Shown here piece after piece: positions 48,030 through 49,111 of a stretch of 49,111 nt of DNA. The notes beneath the pieces were generated by a model that saw nothing but the letters and a program-made list of their open reading frames with translations, did no database searches and was not told the DNA's origin. This DNA is from an uncultured Thermoplasmata archaeon (GTDB taxonomy: Archaea > Thermoplasmatota > Thermoplasmata > Thermoplasmatales > CAYVVU01). Within the stretch, counting starts at the first letter, position 1. The number at the start of each line of letters is the position of its first letter. The DNA lies in NCBI GenBank assembly GCA_964455305.1, contig CAYVVU010000001.1, positions 14,530 to 63,640 of the forward strand, in the 5' to 3' direction. The position numbers and the translations under genes are program-made.

Positions 48030-48737
48030 TTCTTTTTCCACAACTTCGCACACCATTTCAAAAGCTATTTGGTTCAACTTCTTTCCTATTTCCTCGCTTG
48101 CCCCAAGCGGATCGGAAAATGTGCCATACGGTATGTATTCCTTCAGGTCCTCTAGAACAAGAAATCTCGGAATATCCCTCTCTCTGGAAAATTTCCATTC
48201 TTCCTTTACCAGTTCGGGACGAATCGCCAGAATTCTGGCGGTCTCCATAAATCCCGCGTGACCATCATCTTCCGGTATGCCCTCCTTTCCTCGGAGGTCG
48301 TATATCAATTCATAATCGGATAGAACAACAATCCTCATATCCTTATTTCTCTCAACGACATCCCTCGCTGCTAGACGCAATGCAACCATATGTGCCCTGC
48401 TTGCGTGGGATGACAGTATAAGCAACTTCTTGAATCCATTCCTGTAAACTCCTATAATTATATATTTCACATACGTTCGCAGAGAATCAAAACTAACAGA
48501 TATCGTTCCCGGAAAGCATTCCAAGCTTTTAGTCCAACCATAGTGTATTGGGGGAAGAATTATCGCGCCGTACTTTTCCGCTATTTTTTCCGCAATAGCC
48601 ATCGCCTGAATAGTATCGGTGGATAAAGGTAGATGATTGCCATGCTCTTCCACAGAGCCCACCGGAAGGATCACGAAACTCACCATATCCCTGATTTTTT
48701 CAATATCCTCCATAGTCATTTCGTGCCAGTACTTCAT
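48018..48737 (-). CDS. Creatininase-family amidohydrolase (ArfB/MftE-like).
   Basis: ILPVGSVEEHGNHLPLSTDT and HAGFMETARILA motifs. Confidence 0.8.
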   Translation of the reverse strand: MKYWHEMTMEDIEKIRDMVSFVILPVGSVEEHGNHLPLSTDTIQAMAIAEKIAEKYGAIILPPIHYGWTKSLECFPGTISVSFDSLRTYVKYIIIGVYRNGFKKLLILSSHASRAHMVALRLAARDVVERNKDMRIVVLSDYELIYDLRGKEGIPEDDGHAGFMETARILAIRPELVKEEWKFSRERDIPRFLVLEDLKEYIPYGTFSDPLGASEEIGKKLNQIAFEMVCEVVEKELLS

Positions 48738-49063
48738 CTACTTCCCTCCCTTAGCCATGGATATTCCGACCTCTTCCTCTCCAGCCAATGGTCTAAAGCG
48801 GTATATATGGCTGCATCAATACTCGGAATTATTCCATTGTGCTCCAACTTCGCTAACTCCTCCGCTATGACGCGGGGTAAAGATATGCTCATTATTATTT
48901 TGTTCCACGAAAGTTCTCTCTTGGACAGATACTCTTCCAGTGCAGCGCGAATCACATCCGATATGCTAAGCCCCTCTCTTTCAGCGTACAACTCCAACTT
49001 CTCCCTCAACTCGTAATTTAAACGGACGGCAATTCTAGTATTCTTCTGTTCGCCCTTCGTCAT
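48734..49063 (-). CDS. Tandem ribbon-helix-helix (CopG-like) DNA-binding protein.
   Basis: The first RHH is TRIAVRLNYELREKLELYAEREGLSISDVIRAALEEYL. The second RHH-like unit is IIMSISLPRVIAEELAKLEHNGIIPSIDAAIYTALDHWL. ATG 49063 fits leaderless spacing from aaatataata. ATGA overlap with the creatininase gene. Confidence 0.68.
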   Translation of the reverse strand: MTKGEQKNTRIAVRLNYELREKLELYAEREGLSISDVIRAALEEYLSKRELSWNKIIMSISLPRVIAEELAKLEHNGIIPSIDAAIYTALDHWLERKRSEYPWLREGSR

Positions 49064-49111
49064 ACAGAACAAATGAGCATGGTATTATATTTCAAAAAGT
49101 TTTCCATGAAA

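Overview
A 49 kb chromosomal segment from an AT-rich, probably thermophilic euryarchaeon. tRNA and leader helices are GC-rich against an AT-rich background, and proteins are rich in K/E/I. The gene content (long SecY, bacterial-type MutS) looks Thermoplasmata/DHVE2-like, but that is only a guess. The core is housekeeping. It includes the 3' part of apgM, a tyrS-dys-argS operon, guaB, tRNA-Leu(UAG), pyrH, aRF1, a long-type FKBP, a NOG1-like GTPase and mutS. It also holds the complete archaeal ribosomal-protein supercluster, rpl3 through secY-adk-DUF106-cmk-cbf5 (23.1-38.9 kb). Most first genes look leaderless, with a TATA box about 26 nt upstream of the start. Internal operon genes use a uniform GAGGTGA(T) Shine-Dalgarno. 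Several accessory patches sit between the core genes. (1) A wHTH/STAND-ATPase/TPR protein is divergent from a 1023-aa heavily N-glycosylated surface protein. (2) A DUF5678 plus retropepsin-like pair. (3) A very AT-rich two-gene islet at the 3' side of tRNA-Leu encodes a divergent MUG/TDG-like glycosylase-fold protein and a PD-(D/E)xK nuclease. (4) Three 2TM+bPH-like membrane proteins and small TM peptides, associated with a ~190-bp inverted repeat pair that brackets ~10 kb. (5) A ~3.9 kb AT-rich island between cbf5 and mutS carries an orphan 473-aa protein, a DUF2284 -> variant family-4 UDG operon, an ATPase gene remnant and a pilin-like gene. (6) An overlapping gamma-CA/OB-fold/nucleotidyltransferase/PHP operon. 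A GC-rich multi-helix RNA structure sits in the 5' leader of the r-protein operon. No CRISPR array, rRNA, transposase or integrase was found.
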